Below, piece after piece: positions 12,201 through 23,300 of a DNA stretch of 64,000 bases. Under the pieces are notes generated by a model, which saw only the letters and a list, made by a program, of their open reading frames with translations, was not told the origin of the DNA and searched no databases. The DNA is from Chrysomallon squamiferum. Taxonomy: Eukaryota; Animalia; Mollusca. Position numbers and translations under genes: made by a program. The stretch is taken from positions 20,336,001 through 20,400,000 of the forward strand of contig CM022677.1 of NCBI GenBank assembly GCA_012295275.1, in the 5' to 3' direction. Each line of letters opens with the position of its first letter. The stretch's first letter is position 1.

Positions 12201-13853
12201 TGTGAAAATCAATAATAAAAATTCATTGACACTGTTTCAAACAGGAATCGTTGTTAATAATAATATTAACAATAATAAAAGTAATTTTAACAGTAAAACA
12301 GTAAAAATAGTAATCATAAGAAAAGAAATTACAGACACACACACACACACACACACATGTTGTACATTTATATGTAAGCGTGAATAGATTTGTTTCTCTG
12401 TCTTTAACTGGAACTAAAATATGTTTAGTATGTGTGTTCACTGACATTAATGAATAATTGAAAGAAATTATTTCATTTAGCGTGCACTTTGAAATGCCAA
12501 AACGGTGGTAGACCTAATTCTGACTGTTCTTCATGCGTAGGATGTACTGGAGGCTGGTGTGGAGTTGAATGTGGTAAAAAAAATATTCAAAGATTTAAAA
12601 TTTAAATGTTATCGAGTATTTATTGAACTACTGTAGACCCACTCACAGATAGATGGATAGGCAGTAGGTAGATATATAGGTTATGTAGAAAGAAACATAT
12701 ATATTAAACAGATATGTAAATTTAAAAAAAATATTACATTAATTACTTTTCTATTCATTTATGATTGCATTTATTTGTGTGGAGGACAACAACACACACA
12801 CACATACACACAGATATATATATACATATATATATGTATGTATGTATGTATGTATATGCTCTTTTTCTTGTAATATGTACATCATTAAATTGGTTATTAT
12901 ATTTATTTAGAGGTTTGTGGCTTGAAATGTCAGCATGGTGGCAGACACAATGCAGAATGTACTAGATGTGTTTCATGTTCTGGAAAATGGTCTGGAATCT
13001 ATTGTGGTAAAACAGAATAGATACATATTACTATTATTATTATTACTGCTATTATGATTATTATTGCTATTATTATTATTATTATAATTATTATTATTAT
13101 TATTTTTATTATTGTTGCTGTTATTATTATAATTATTGTTATTATTCCATTATGATAATTATTAATTAATTAATTTATTTGTTTATTTGTTTATTGACAG
13201 TTATTTACAACATCACTTTATACTAATCTGTTGTGTATTTTACTAACTTGTTTAAAATTGTTTAAGCTTCATGAATGTAAAATAACATCTAATATGTTGA
13301 GCCTAAACTGAATTTCATAGATAGTAACTGAACCCATTTCACATTTAAATTAGAAAATGAACTGCTTTTCCGAAAACAGGCAATGACTATTATATATATG
13401 TATGTGTGTATGTATGTATATGTTACATTTGATGAGCTGTTTGTACGTAGATAACAACTAATATTTGTATACATGAAGGTGGGTATGTATCTTATATATA
13501 TATATATACATATATACCTATATACGTACATGTATTTATTTTTTCTTTCTTTTTTCTTTACACTTTATTTTAATCAGAGCGATGTGAACTGAGATGTCTG
13601 TCTGGAAGCAGACCTGATTCACAATGTACAAAATGTGTCAGGCTGGGTATGTATCTTATTTGTTTTAGTAACTGAATGCATCTTTGAAACACATTGAAGC
13701 CATTTGTTCAGTGGCATTCCTGAGGAAGTTAACAAATTGTTTTCTTCATTTGATTAGGTGGATGTACTTTGCAATGTCAGCATGGTGGCAGACCCAATTC
13801 TGGCTGTACTGCGTGTACTCAGTGTACTGGTCAATGGCGTGGAACTCTGTGTG
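2360..13853 (+). CDS. Copy A gene: signal peptide-LRR plus tandem EGF-like micro-exons; 3'-truncated partial duplicate, possibly pseudogenising
   Basis: LRR exon plus 16 phase-1 Cys-rich exons with canonical AG/GT; collinear with copy B; no terminal exon found. Confidence 0.75.
5088..5186 (+). CDS. A EGF-like exon GEKLCHLKCENGGQADSRCSHCVCKGYWKGPTC
   Basis: tgcag| ... |gtatgt, 99 nt, phase 1-1. Confidence 0.88.
5706..5790 (+). pseudogene. A frameshifted EGF exon (net 14-nt loss, immediate TGA)
   Basis: 85 nt versus 99 nt in B (26014-26112); reads 'at ata tga' from the acceptor. Confidence 0.75.
6697..6786 (+). CDS. A EGF-like exon GCSLKCNYGAKPSSDCTKCVCSFYLSGRYC
   Basis: ttacag|/|gtatgt, 90 nt. 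Confidence 0.85.
7277..7375 (+). CDS. A EGF-like exon EFCNLGCRNGGAANSICTKCLCTPLFMGPRCKE
   Basis: tttcag|/|gtaggt, 99 nt. Confidence 0.85.
7721..7813 (+). CDS. A EGF-like exon KSCKLVCKSGSSFDLQCTKCNCLGKWSGLHC
   Basis: ttacag|/|gtaaat, 93 nt. Confidence 0.85.
7890..8187 (+). repeat. 56-bp tandem repeat containing the splice acceptor and exon start
   Basis: ttttaacag ends at 7942, 7998, 8054, 8110, 8166 (period 56). Confidence 0.9.
8167..8256 (+). CDS. A EGF-like exon DICTLTCPPPKILTIECTCGCKLFYTGSNC
   Basis: taacag|/|gtaagt, 90 nt. Confidence 0.85.
8436..8528 (+). CDS. A EGF-like exon QTCGLRCQHGGNADSSCSKCICKGFWFGKLC
   Basis: cacag|/|gtatgt, 93 nt. Confidence 0.85.
8871..8978 (+). CDS. A EGF-like exon EICNLQNCNNRGKPILESCECWCAPEFHGPLCKFRK
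   Basis: tttcag|/|gtatgt, 108 nt. Confidence 0.85.
9259..9402 (+). CDS. A Gly/Glu linker plus EGF-like exon LAGEGEIIQSEGEGGAGEACHLICKNGGLPNPQCTLCVCRGSWKGPSC
   Basis: tttaag|/|gtaaat, 144 nt; acceptor choice inferred from frame. Confidence 0.75.
9962..10054 (+). CDS. A EGF-like exon ENCPLVCQHGGKPNRLCSFCDCVGKWYGLEC
   Basis: tttag|/|gtaag, 93 nt. Confidence 0.85.
10395..10490 (+). CDS. A EGF-like exon EFCRVKCQHGGKINSDCTGCRDCRAKWGGNFC
   Basis: tttag|/|gtaag, 96 nt. Confidence 0.85.
10623..10825. mobile_element. hAT-type MITE (203 bp) specific to copy A
   Basis: Imperfect TIRs cagtggtgccca / tgggcaaccctg; 8-bp TSD ccctgaat / ccctaaat; empty site 'ccttagat' in copy B at ~34035. Confidence 0.8.
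11805..11894 (+). CDS. A EGF-like exon ERCNLKCDRGTPSSDCTRCQCAGVKTAKPC
   Basis: ttcag|/|gtaaat, 90 nt. Confidence 0.85.
12481..12573 (+). CDS. A EGF-like exon ACTLKCQNGGRPNSDCSSCVGCTGGWCGVEC
   Basis: tttag|/|gtaaaa, 93 nt. Confidence 0.85.
12911..13006 (+). CDS. A EGF-like exon EVCGLKCQHGGRHNAECTRCVSCSGKWSGIYC
   Basis: tttag|/|gtaaaa, 96 nt. Confidence 0.85.
13578..13646 (+). CDS. A truncated 4-Cys exon ERCELRCLSGSRPDSQCTKCVRL
   Basis: atcag|/|gtatgt, 69 nt, phase 1-1. Confidence 0.65.
13758..13853 (+). CDS. A EGF-like exon GGCTLQCQHGGRPNSGCTACTQCTGQWRGTLC
   Basis: attag|/|gtaaaa, 96 nt. Confidence 0.85.
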
Positions 13854-13929
13854 GTAAAAAAACAAACCAAAACATTGATAAATCTATTATTTTTTATTGT
13901 GAATTTGCTTAACTCTTCTTTACATATCC

Positions 13930-15900
13930 ATCAATGTCATGTTTGTATTAATCATCATTCACTTGTATTAATTATTATTTGCTTCTATTATCATATACTT
14001 GTATTATCATTCACTTGTTATGATACACTTGTATTAATTATTATTTGCTTCTGTTATCATACCCGTGTATTATCATTTACTTATATTAATTATTTTTTAC
14101 TTCTATTTTCATTCATTTGTATTATCATATATTTACATTACTTATCATTCATTTGTATTATCATACACTTGTATTACTTATCATTCATTTGTATTATCAT
14201 ATACTTCTATTAATTATCATGCATATGTATTAATTATCCTTTTATAATTATGTTATCACTGACTTGTGTTATCATATACTTATACTATTTATCAGTAATC
14301 ATTCACTTATACTAATAATCATTCACTTTTATTATCATTCACTTGTGTTAATTATTAGTAATCATTCATTTATATTATCACTGAATTCTATTATGATTCA
14401 GTTATATTAATGATCATTCACTTGTATTAATTATTATTTACTTATATTAATTATCATTCATTTCTATTATCATTCACTTGTATTATTACATCATTACATA
14501 TCCATCAATGTCATATTTGTATTAATCATCATTCACTTGTATTAATTATCATTCACTTGTATTAATTATTGTTTACTTCTATTATCATACGTTTACATTA
14601 CTTATCATTCATTTGTATTTTCATACACGTGTTACTTATCATTCATTTCTAATATCTTTCACTTATATCAGTTATCATACTTGTATTAATTATCATTCAC
14701 TTGTATCAATTATCCTTTACTTCTACTATCATTCACTTGTATTATCAATTATTTGTATTATCATACACTTATATTATCATATCCATTTATCAGTTATCAT
14801 TTACTTCTATTATCATTCACTTGTATTATCATTTATTTGCTTTACCATACACTTGTATTATCATACCCATAATATTAATTATCATTTACTTCTATTATCA
14901 TTCACTTATATCAATTCTTATACTTGTATTTATTATCATTCACTTGTATTATATTTTACTTGTGTTAGCATAGACTTATGTTATCATACTCGTGTACTAA
15001 TTATAATTTACTTCTGTAATCATTCACTTGTATTAATGAATTCTATTATATTTCACTTATATTACTATTTACTTATATTATCATTCATATCTATTATCAT
15101 TCACTTACATCAATTATCCTTTACTTCTACTGTCCTTCTAACAGGATTCTCTAAATGTTGATTTAGTGCATTTTGAAAATTCTCTGGAATTATTCCATTA
15201 GTGTTTCTGAATGAAATTATAATTACTTGTATTATCATATGCTAGTATTATCATACGCATGTATTAATTATCATTTACTTCTATTATCCTTCTTTCATTC
15301 CCTTTTATTATCAATTACTTGTATTATCATACACATTTATTATCATATCCATATATTAATTATCATTTAATTTTATTATCATTCACTTGTATTATAATTT
15401 ACTTCTATTATCATTCACTCGTATTATCATTTACTTCTATTATCATTCATTCGTATTATCATTTACTTCTATTATCATTCACTTGTAGCACACTTACATT
15501 AATTATCATTCACTTCTATTATCATTTATTTGTATTAATTATATTTCAATTATGTTATCATTCATTTGTGTTAGATTAACTTGTGTTAATTATAATTCAC
15601 TTGTATCAATCATTCACTTCTATCAATTACTATTCATTTGTATTATCATAGATTTATATTTATTATCATTCACTTGTTTCTGTAATCATTCACTTGTATC
15701 AATTATCGTTCTCTTATATCAATTATCATTCACTTGTACAGATATATTAATATCATCCATGTGTATTCATTATCAGTCACTTGAATTATCTTATATAACT
15801 TACATTAATTATTCACTTGTGCCAAATATCACTCACATGATACAATTATCATTTGGTTACATTTATTATCATTCACTTGTATTAATTATTGTCAAGTAAT
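13930..15900. repeat. Degenerate 'attatcattcacttgt' minisatellite
   Basis: Dozens of variable copies; counterpart at 42460-43210. Confidence 0.9.
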
Positions 15901-16570
15901 CAAAACAGTTTTGATATTTTAGTAAATGCTTCATGCTTCAACAGGATTTTCTAGAAGTTGGTTTAGTGCATTTTGAAAACTCTCTGGATTATTCCGTTAG
16001 TGTTTGTGAATGAAAGTATAAAGTTCATTATTTCTGTTTTGTGAGTTACATGTTAAATAGAAAGATGTCCTCCAATCAGTTTCTGCATGAGAAGCATTAC
16101 TTTGATAATGTGAATACTAGACATAATGTGTGTGTGTATTTGTATGTGTGTGTTTGCATATGTTTGTGTGTGTGTGTATGTGAGTGTTTGTGTGTGTGTG
16201 TGTATATGTGTGTATGTATATGTGTTTTAGTGTATATATGTTTCTGAGGTGTGTGTGTGTGTGGATGTGTAAGTGTTCCTCCATCTCTTTATGTGTATGT
16301 CATTAGTTTTTTTCAGTGATGACTTTGTTTAATTGTTTATTACAGAATGTTTGCTAATACACATTAACAAAAGTGTGTATATTTGTTTTACTACATCAGC
16401 TGTTCTTCAGCTCTCATTAACAACTGTGTTTATTTATTTTTATTTAGACAGAAAGACTCTTCTGTGTCTGTCATCAGAGATACAAATTAACAAGATAATT
16501 TATTTAATTTTATACAGAAACTTGTGTGTTTATGTATATATATATGTATAATGTACACAGACACACATCT

Positions 16571-16608
<38 letters not shown>

Positions 16609-16848
16609 ATTTGTCTCATTGTAATATTATATTGCTGGATATTAGTCTTTCACAGATGTCAAACTTGCAGCACTAAAAATTAACTACAGCAGTTGGTAAG
16701 TTAGTATTGTTGTTACAATTCTATAACAGTAATTTGGAGTTTTGTACTGACTGCTTTATTTATATTCTTAATATGATTATAAATAAATAAAACAAATAAA
16801 TAAATCAAACAAATAAATAAATATTGTTGCTCACCATTAATATGATTA

Positions 16849-16879
<31 letters not shown>

Positions 16880-16979
16880 AAAAAAAACAAACAAACAAAC
16901 AAACAAACAAACAAACAAATAAATAAATTGTTGCTCACCACAAATTTGACAAATGTTTTAACCCTTTTTGTGCTCTTAG

Positions 16980-17670
16980 CAAGATAGCTTGTCACACTAG
17001 AAGACTGCAGTTGTAAGAGATCTCAGCATGTTAGAATACAGCCGATGCAAGATACCTGGCAATGCTAGAAGAAAGCCATTGGCAAGATGTCATAACATGC
17101 TAGAAAACTGCCATTAATAAGATATCTCGACATTGTAGAAGTCTGCCATTGGCAAGATGTCATAACATGCTACAAGACTGCCATTAATACCATACCTTGA
17201 CATGCTAGAAAACTGCTATTAATAAAATATCTTGACATGCTGCAAGATTGTTTATATGCTAGAAGTGTGCTATTAATAAGGTACCCTGACATGCTATAAG
17301 ACTGCGATTAATAAGATATCTCAACATGCAAGAAGATTGCGATTAATAAGATATCTCAACATGCAAGAAGATTGCCATTAATAAGATATCTCAACATACA
17401 AGAAGACTGCGATTAATAAGATATTTCAGCATGCTAGAAGACTGCGATTAATAAGATATCTCAACATGCAGGAAGACTGCGATTAATAAAATATTTCAGC
17501 ATGCAAGAAGACTGCGATTAATAAGATATCTCAACATGCAAGAAGACTGTTATTAATAAGATATCTCAACATGCAAGAAGACTGCGATTAATAAAATATC
17601 TCAACATGTTAGAAGAATGCCATTTGCAAGATATCTCAAAAAGCTAGAAGTGTGCCATTGCAAGAAATAT
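16980..17670. repeat. 35-bp minisatellite (acatgctagaagactgccattaataagatatctc)
   Basis: Period 35 (e.g. 17342, 17377, 17412); counterpart at 44805-45310. Confidence 0.9.
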
Positions 17671-17721
17671 ATTTATAGCGTTTATTCAGAAATATACTGA
17701 TAAATTCTTCATTTGATTTGG

Positions 17722-17816
17722 AGTGTTGTAGTTGACTTGTCAACGTGGTGGTAGACCTAATTCTCAATGTAGTTGATGTACTGGATGTTCTGCAAAGTGG
17801 GGTGGAAACATGTGAG
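17722..17816 (+). pseudogene. A dead EGF exon
   Basis: Paralog of 45545-45640; acceptor AG>GG, 1-nt deletion, two TGA stops. Confidence 0.8.
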
Positions 17817-18406
17817 GTAATTATTTTTTTTATCGATGCATTATTTTCCTCTATTTGTGGCTGGTTTCAGTTTTTCATCACATTCAGTATAACCAGTTCT
17901 TTCTGGTTAATAGTTATTTTGTTTATACAGACAAGTGTGTTGAAAAATATGAAACACACGACCAGACACACTCGGACACACACAGACATTCACACGTCTT
18001 CACGACAGAAACAAATAATGACGGTTAAATTCAGGTTAGAATACTTCTGTAATAAAACATGCTGTTCAGGCAGTACTTCCAAGTTCACTGCATTTCTGTT
18101 AGTTTTAGTTTATCTAGATGAGCACTTTAAGTTAATTATGCATGAATCAATGCATGGTGGTTGTGCATAGGTACGAAAGCAAAAATAGTATTTATATTCA
18201 CTGTTCATGCATGTATAATCTAACAAAGCTCTTTGTTGTTTGGGCTTTTCAGAACATTGTTCTTTAAGTTGTATATATATATATATATATAGAAAATCTT
18301 TAATTTATATATATAGTAAGCAATTTATTTTATTCAGAATATTATTCTTTGAGTTGTCAACACACACGTATATATACATTAAAAATTATTTATTTATTTG
18401 GTTCAG

Positions 18407-18501
18407 GGTTTGTACTTTGCATTGTCAACATGGTGGAACAGCTGGTTCTCTGTGTGATCGACGAAATAGAAGCACTGGATGCTGGGGTGGAAACACGAAT
18501 G
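18407..18501 (+). pseudogene. A dead EGF exon
   Basis: Positional counterpart of 46119-46214; 95 nt (out of phase); three canonical Cys replaced (CDRRNRSTGCWGGNTN). Confidence 0.7.
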
Positions 18502-18556
18502 GTAACAAAAACATAAAACATTAAAGAAAAACTTGTTCAGCTTCAATAAAGAAACA

Positions 18557-18609
<53 letters not shown>

Positions 18610-18919
18610 TGTATCATGTTATAGGCCCAGTAAGTGCTGCCATCTGTAGAGTTTCAGTGTAACTACTAATCCTGTGGATTTTATCCAAGAGCTTTAAGCA
18701 ATTAAAGGGTTAAATGTTGACTGTGGAAAAGTTACATTGACCAGTCACAGTCTTCTCTGCAGTGCAGATGTGTGAGGTTTCAGAAACGTATGTGATTTTA
18801 CACATTTATTATCACTTGATTTTGTCAGTAGCACAGTCACCAACAACACATTGAGTCTAGTGTACTAACCGAGGACAGCCGATAGATTACCCCATTACTT
18901 GCCCACAAAAGAATATTGT

Positions 18920-19838
18920 CTAAGTGGACAAGTAGATCATCCCAAATGGACAAGTAAATCACCTCGACTTGTTTGAACAGACAAGTAGATCATCCATATT
19001 TGTTTGAATAGACAAATAGATCATCTGAAATACGAGTTTGAACGGACAAATAGATCATCTCAAGTATGTGTTTGAATGGACAAGTAGATCATCTCAAGTA
19101 TGTGTTTGAATGGACAAGTAGATCATCTCAAGTATGTGTTTGAATGGACAGGTAGATCATCTCAAGTATGTGTTTGAATGGACAGGTAGATCATCTCAAG
19201 TATGTGTTTGAATGGACAGGTAGATCATCTCAAGTATGTGTTTGAACGGACAAGTAGATCATCTCAAGTATGTGTTTGAACGGACAGGTAGATCATCTCA
19301 AGTATGTGTTTGAACGGACAGGTAGATCATCTCAAGTATGTGTTTGAATGGACAGGTAGATCATCAAGTATGTGTTTGAATGGACAGGTAGATCATCTCA
19401 AGTACGTGTTTGAATAGACAAGTAGATCATTTCAAGTACGTGTTTGAATAGACAAGTAGATCATTTCAAGTACGTGTTTGAATAGACAAGTAGATCATTT
19501 CAAGTACGTGTTTGAATAGACAAGTATATCATCGAAAAACTTGTTTGAATGGACAAGTAGATCATTTCAAGTGCGTGTTTGAATGCACAGGAAAATCATC
19601 TCCATCATTGTTTCAGTAGAGAAGTAGATCATGTGAACTACTTGTTTGAAGGGACACGTAGATAACCTCAAGCATTGTTTGAAAAGACATGTAGATCATC
19701 TCGGAGTATTTACTTAATGGACAAGTAGATCGTACAAAGTATATGCTCAAATGAATAAATATGTTGTCCAAAATACTTATCTGAGTTGAAAAATAGATTG
19801 CCCAAGTACCTGAATTGACAAGAAGATAATCTCAAGTA
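18920..19838. repeat. 34-bp minisatellite gtagatcatctcaagtatgtgtttgaatggacaa
   Basis: Period 34 (19084, 19118...), homogenised core. Confidence 0.92.
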
Positions 19839-20387
19839 CAGTGGAACCTAGGGTTACGAAGTTAATTCGTTCCAGAACTCGGTTCGTAAACCGAAGCGAT
19901 GTCAGACACACGAACGCCACTCTCATGTTTTGCAATTAGTTCTTTCTTAATCTCTAATTTTATACTTTCCACCAGCATTATCGCTTTCACTTTTTGTTTT
20001 ACTTGGGCGCAGTATTGGATAGGATAAAATAAAATAAAATATATACTCACAAAAAGTAGCAACACTTTAAAAAAATGCGACTGCTCAATCTCAGTGCAAA
20101 AGCTATTGAGCTGCAACTGCATATCGAAGAAAAAAGGCCCTAATTCATGGTATATATATATATATATATTTACTATAGGGCATGCCTATAATCCTTACTT
20201 TGACACCGGTTTTGACGTAAGCATCTATTGTTATCTTTACTAGATGTTGACGTCAAAACCGAAGTCAAAAGAAAACTTATCGTGGCGTCGTCGTAACTCG
20301 GGACATTATTCGTAAACCGAGACAAAATTACGGTTCGTAATCCGATTTGTTCGTACTTCGAGGTGTTCGTAACCCGAGGTTCTACTG
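19839..20387 (-). mobile_element. Complete non-autonomous pogo/Tigger element (549 bp)
   Basis: 22-bp TIRs CAGTGGAACCTAGGGTTACGAA / CAGTAGAACCTCGGGTTACGAA (rc), TA TSD on both sides, remnant IKLEIKKELIAKHESGVRVSDIA; absent from the homologous satellite end at ~47630-47670. Confidence 0.9.
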
Positions 20388-20664
20388 TATTTTTCTGAGT
20401 GGACAAGATGGTCATCCAAAGTATTCGCCTAATTGTACAAATAAGTCAAATTTGTGCAGTAGAACTTCTATATGTCATTGTTGGGTAGCACGAGAAGAAA
20501 ATAATAAATAAATAAATAAATAAAATTAAAATAAATAAACGTGGCATTAAGAATTAACAGTGTCTTAATGAGAATTATTTCCTTTAGACCATAAAGAAAT
20601 CGGATATAATTTACAATTAAGAAAAGAACATTGGTTTAAAATTTAAAATATAAATTTATTTTGT

Positions 20665-20708
<44 letters not shown>

Positions 20709-21074
20709 TAAAAACTAATAATAATAATAATAAATCAAAATAAAAGAAAATAACCATTAATTTTTGTCTTTTATTAAATACATAATTTTCAAACTAGTTT
20801 TCATCGTCATGAAATAAAAGTAAATCAAAATTTAACATCGCGAAAGGTTATGGGGGATAGCTTAGCCGAATGTTTCCATCTCTTTAACCGTTATCTTTTT
20901 AATTTTTATATTTAATTTTTTTTTTTTTTTTTTTTTTAATATTTGGATATTTAAATTATTATTACTATTTTTTTTATTTATCATCTATTAAAGTAAATAT
21001 GCATACGATACGAAAAATAATTTGCTGAGATAAAAATATTCGATTAATATTATTATTACTATTATTAGTTTTAT

Positions 21075-21323
21075 AACAAAATGGCGATAATAAAAAAGTA
21101 AAATATCTGAAAATTAATTATGTCAAATTGAACTAAAATTCGTTAGAATACTATAACAATACTCGACATTATTATTTTATACAAAGAATGCTCCCAGTTT
21201 CCATAAACAAATATGGCGTCGTGTCACATGCAGACGAAAACAAATGTGAATATGTATTCACAGTATTTTATTTAGATTAGTTTGAAAAGATGAGGTCTAT
21301 TTCACTTATGAAAATGAGTAAGA
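21075..21323 (+). promoter_or_regulatory. Candidate promoter / non-coding first exon, copy B
   Basis: Conserved with A 1085-1310; ATGGCG motifs; possible donor ga|gtaaga at 21318. Confidence 0.35.
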
Positions 21324-21677
21324 AAAATATGTATAGTTTTATTTCTTCTTTTTTTCATTTCTAAAATTATTATTTTTGTTGTTTCTTCTTTTCTTTCATT
21401 CTTTTTTTTTTTTTTTTTTTCTCATTTTCGGCTAAAGTTTGCGTAAATTATACACGAAATACATTCTGTATCCATTCTGAGCGCGGTTATCCAAAATTAT
21501 TGGTAGCTTAATTACCGGTTTATGATAAATTTCAAATTTTGTTCAATATTTTTTTTAGACACTAAATTAAATCATAAATACATATAGTATAAAAAAAAAA
21601 AAAAAAAAATAAGACCGACTTTGTGAGCATAGCATATTGGAATTTCAGAAATCTGTAATAGTAAAACATCGAACATT

Positions 21678-21712
<35 letters not shown>

Positions 21713-22355
21713 TTAGGTTCACTGTACGTTTTCCAGAACATATAGTTAATAAATACAGACTGTTTATGTGCATGCGTGCCTGCGTACGTCGGTGTGCGTG
21801 AGATATATATCAACTGTTTTTATTTTGCCTTTTCAAATTTCTGTGTATGCAAGGTAGAAATAATATCAGTAAATTAAACTGAAAATAAATAGACACAAAA
21901 TAAAGCAAAAATGAAATAAATAATGATGTGCAAAGATGATGATGGTATTGTTGTTGTCACAACAACAGCAGAAGCAGATGAAATAATAATTACAGTAATA
22001 CTAATGATGTTCTACTGCTACTTGCAACAACAACAGCACACTAATAATAGCAATGCTAAAGATTGTCTTCTGCTACTACTACCACAATTACTACTACTAT
22101 TATACTACTACTACTACTACTACTACTACTTACTAATACTATTACTACTGTTACTAGTATTACTACTAGTATTATTATTACTATAACTACTGCTTCAACT
22201 TTTACTACTACTAAATAATAATACCAATAACAACATTAATATGTATTAATAAATATAAATTGTTTTATATTTTTAAACAGGATGACACGACAACAACATC
22301 AGGAACATTTCAGTGTGAAAGTTAACTTGTGTAAATATGTATATATATAAACAGT

Positions 22356-23300
22356 ATGTCCCAGAGACAAGTTGGTATGAACAGAGCAGTAATTATTTTT
22401 ATTTTAACTGTATACATATACTGTCCAAAATATGTCACTGCAAGATGTCCAAAACAGTGCCACTGTACATGTTATGCTGGAACAGTTACTATTACTTGTA
22501 AAGGTGTTCAGAATATCACCAGAGATTTTTTTAATAGCAGCATTCAAAATGTAAAAACATTGATATTAAATGGGAACAAAGGGATCATTTTTCATTCGGG
22601 GTGTTTTGATACAGTAAAACAATCTGTGATAATGCTTCAGTTAAGGAACTGTGATCTGATGACTGTACCTTCAGAAGTGTTTAGTTTGAGCAGGTTAAAA
22701 TCATTAGACATTTCTGACAACCCATTGAAATATCTCAACAAACAGACATTCAGAAGAGGACCCTGTTTGCAGGAGATAGATTTAAGTGGGACACAGTTTT
22801 CATTAATAGAAGGAATTTTTTATGAACAGAGGTTCTGTTTAGAAGTTATCAAACTAAACCGACGGAGACTGTTAGAAATTCCCACACAGATATTCAGGGG
22901 TTTAAAAACAGTTAAAAAACTTGTAATGAGATATGACAGAATACAGAATGTACAGCCACATGCTTTTACTGGATTGCCACTAAAAATATAGATTTATCTC
23001 ACAACAGGATATCGAGGGTTAAAGCTGGAGCATTCAGTGATCTTGGTTTGGCTGTTTCACTTATAATGGAACATTCCTTGCTGCCACATCTCAGTTTTAT
23101 TCTAGGATATGAAGGAGACAAATTTAATCAGATTGATGTGACAGGTTCTCAAAGCATTACTTGTAACTGTGTTGTCCAGCGTGTTCTTACTGTTCTGAAT
23201 CCAGGGACATTGCTAGGAGGATGTAGATCAGACTCTGGGACAAATATTCAGTTCAGTCAATATGATCCAGTTAAATTTAAAAACATCTTTAAATGCAAGG
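22356..23300 (+). pseudogene. Copy B LRR exon with 1-nt deletion near 22981 (real lesion or assembly error)
   Basis: 945 versus 946 nt in A; cttaaaaat > ctaaaaat gives TAG at 22989-22991; downstream frame intact to G|gtaagt. Confidence 0.8.

Noticed and set aside
13758-15899. Cluster of hydrophobic His/Tyr/Ile ORFs as a possible TM or terminal exon for copy A
   Set aside because: Products of the attatcattcacttgt satellite; frames not conserved with the B counterpart
18920-19838. Regular 34-bp repeats (also the 35-, 43- and 56-bp arrays) as a CRISPR array
   Set aside because: Units are head-to-tail with no unique spacers, there are no cas genes, and the context is eukaryotic intron
22356-23300. 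Diversifying selection on the LRR ligand-binding face (VLR-like)
   Set aside because: The 22 A/B replacements mostly avoid the concave beta-strand residues, and about 11 silent changes are present by manual count; no clear signal
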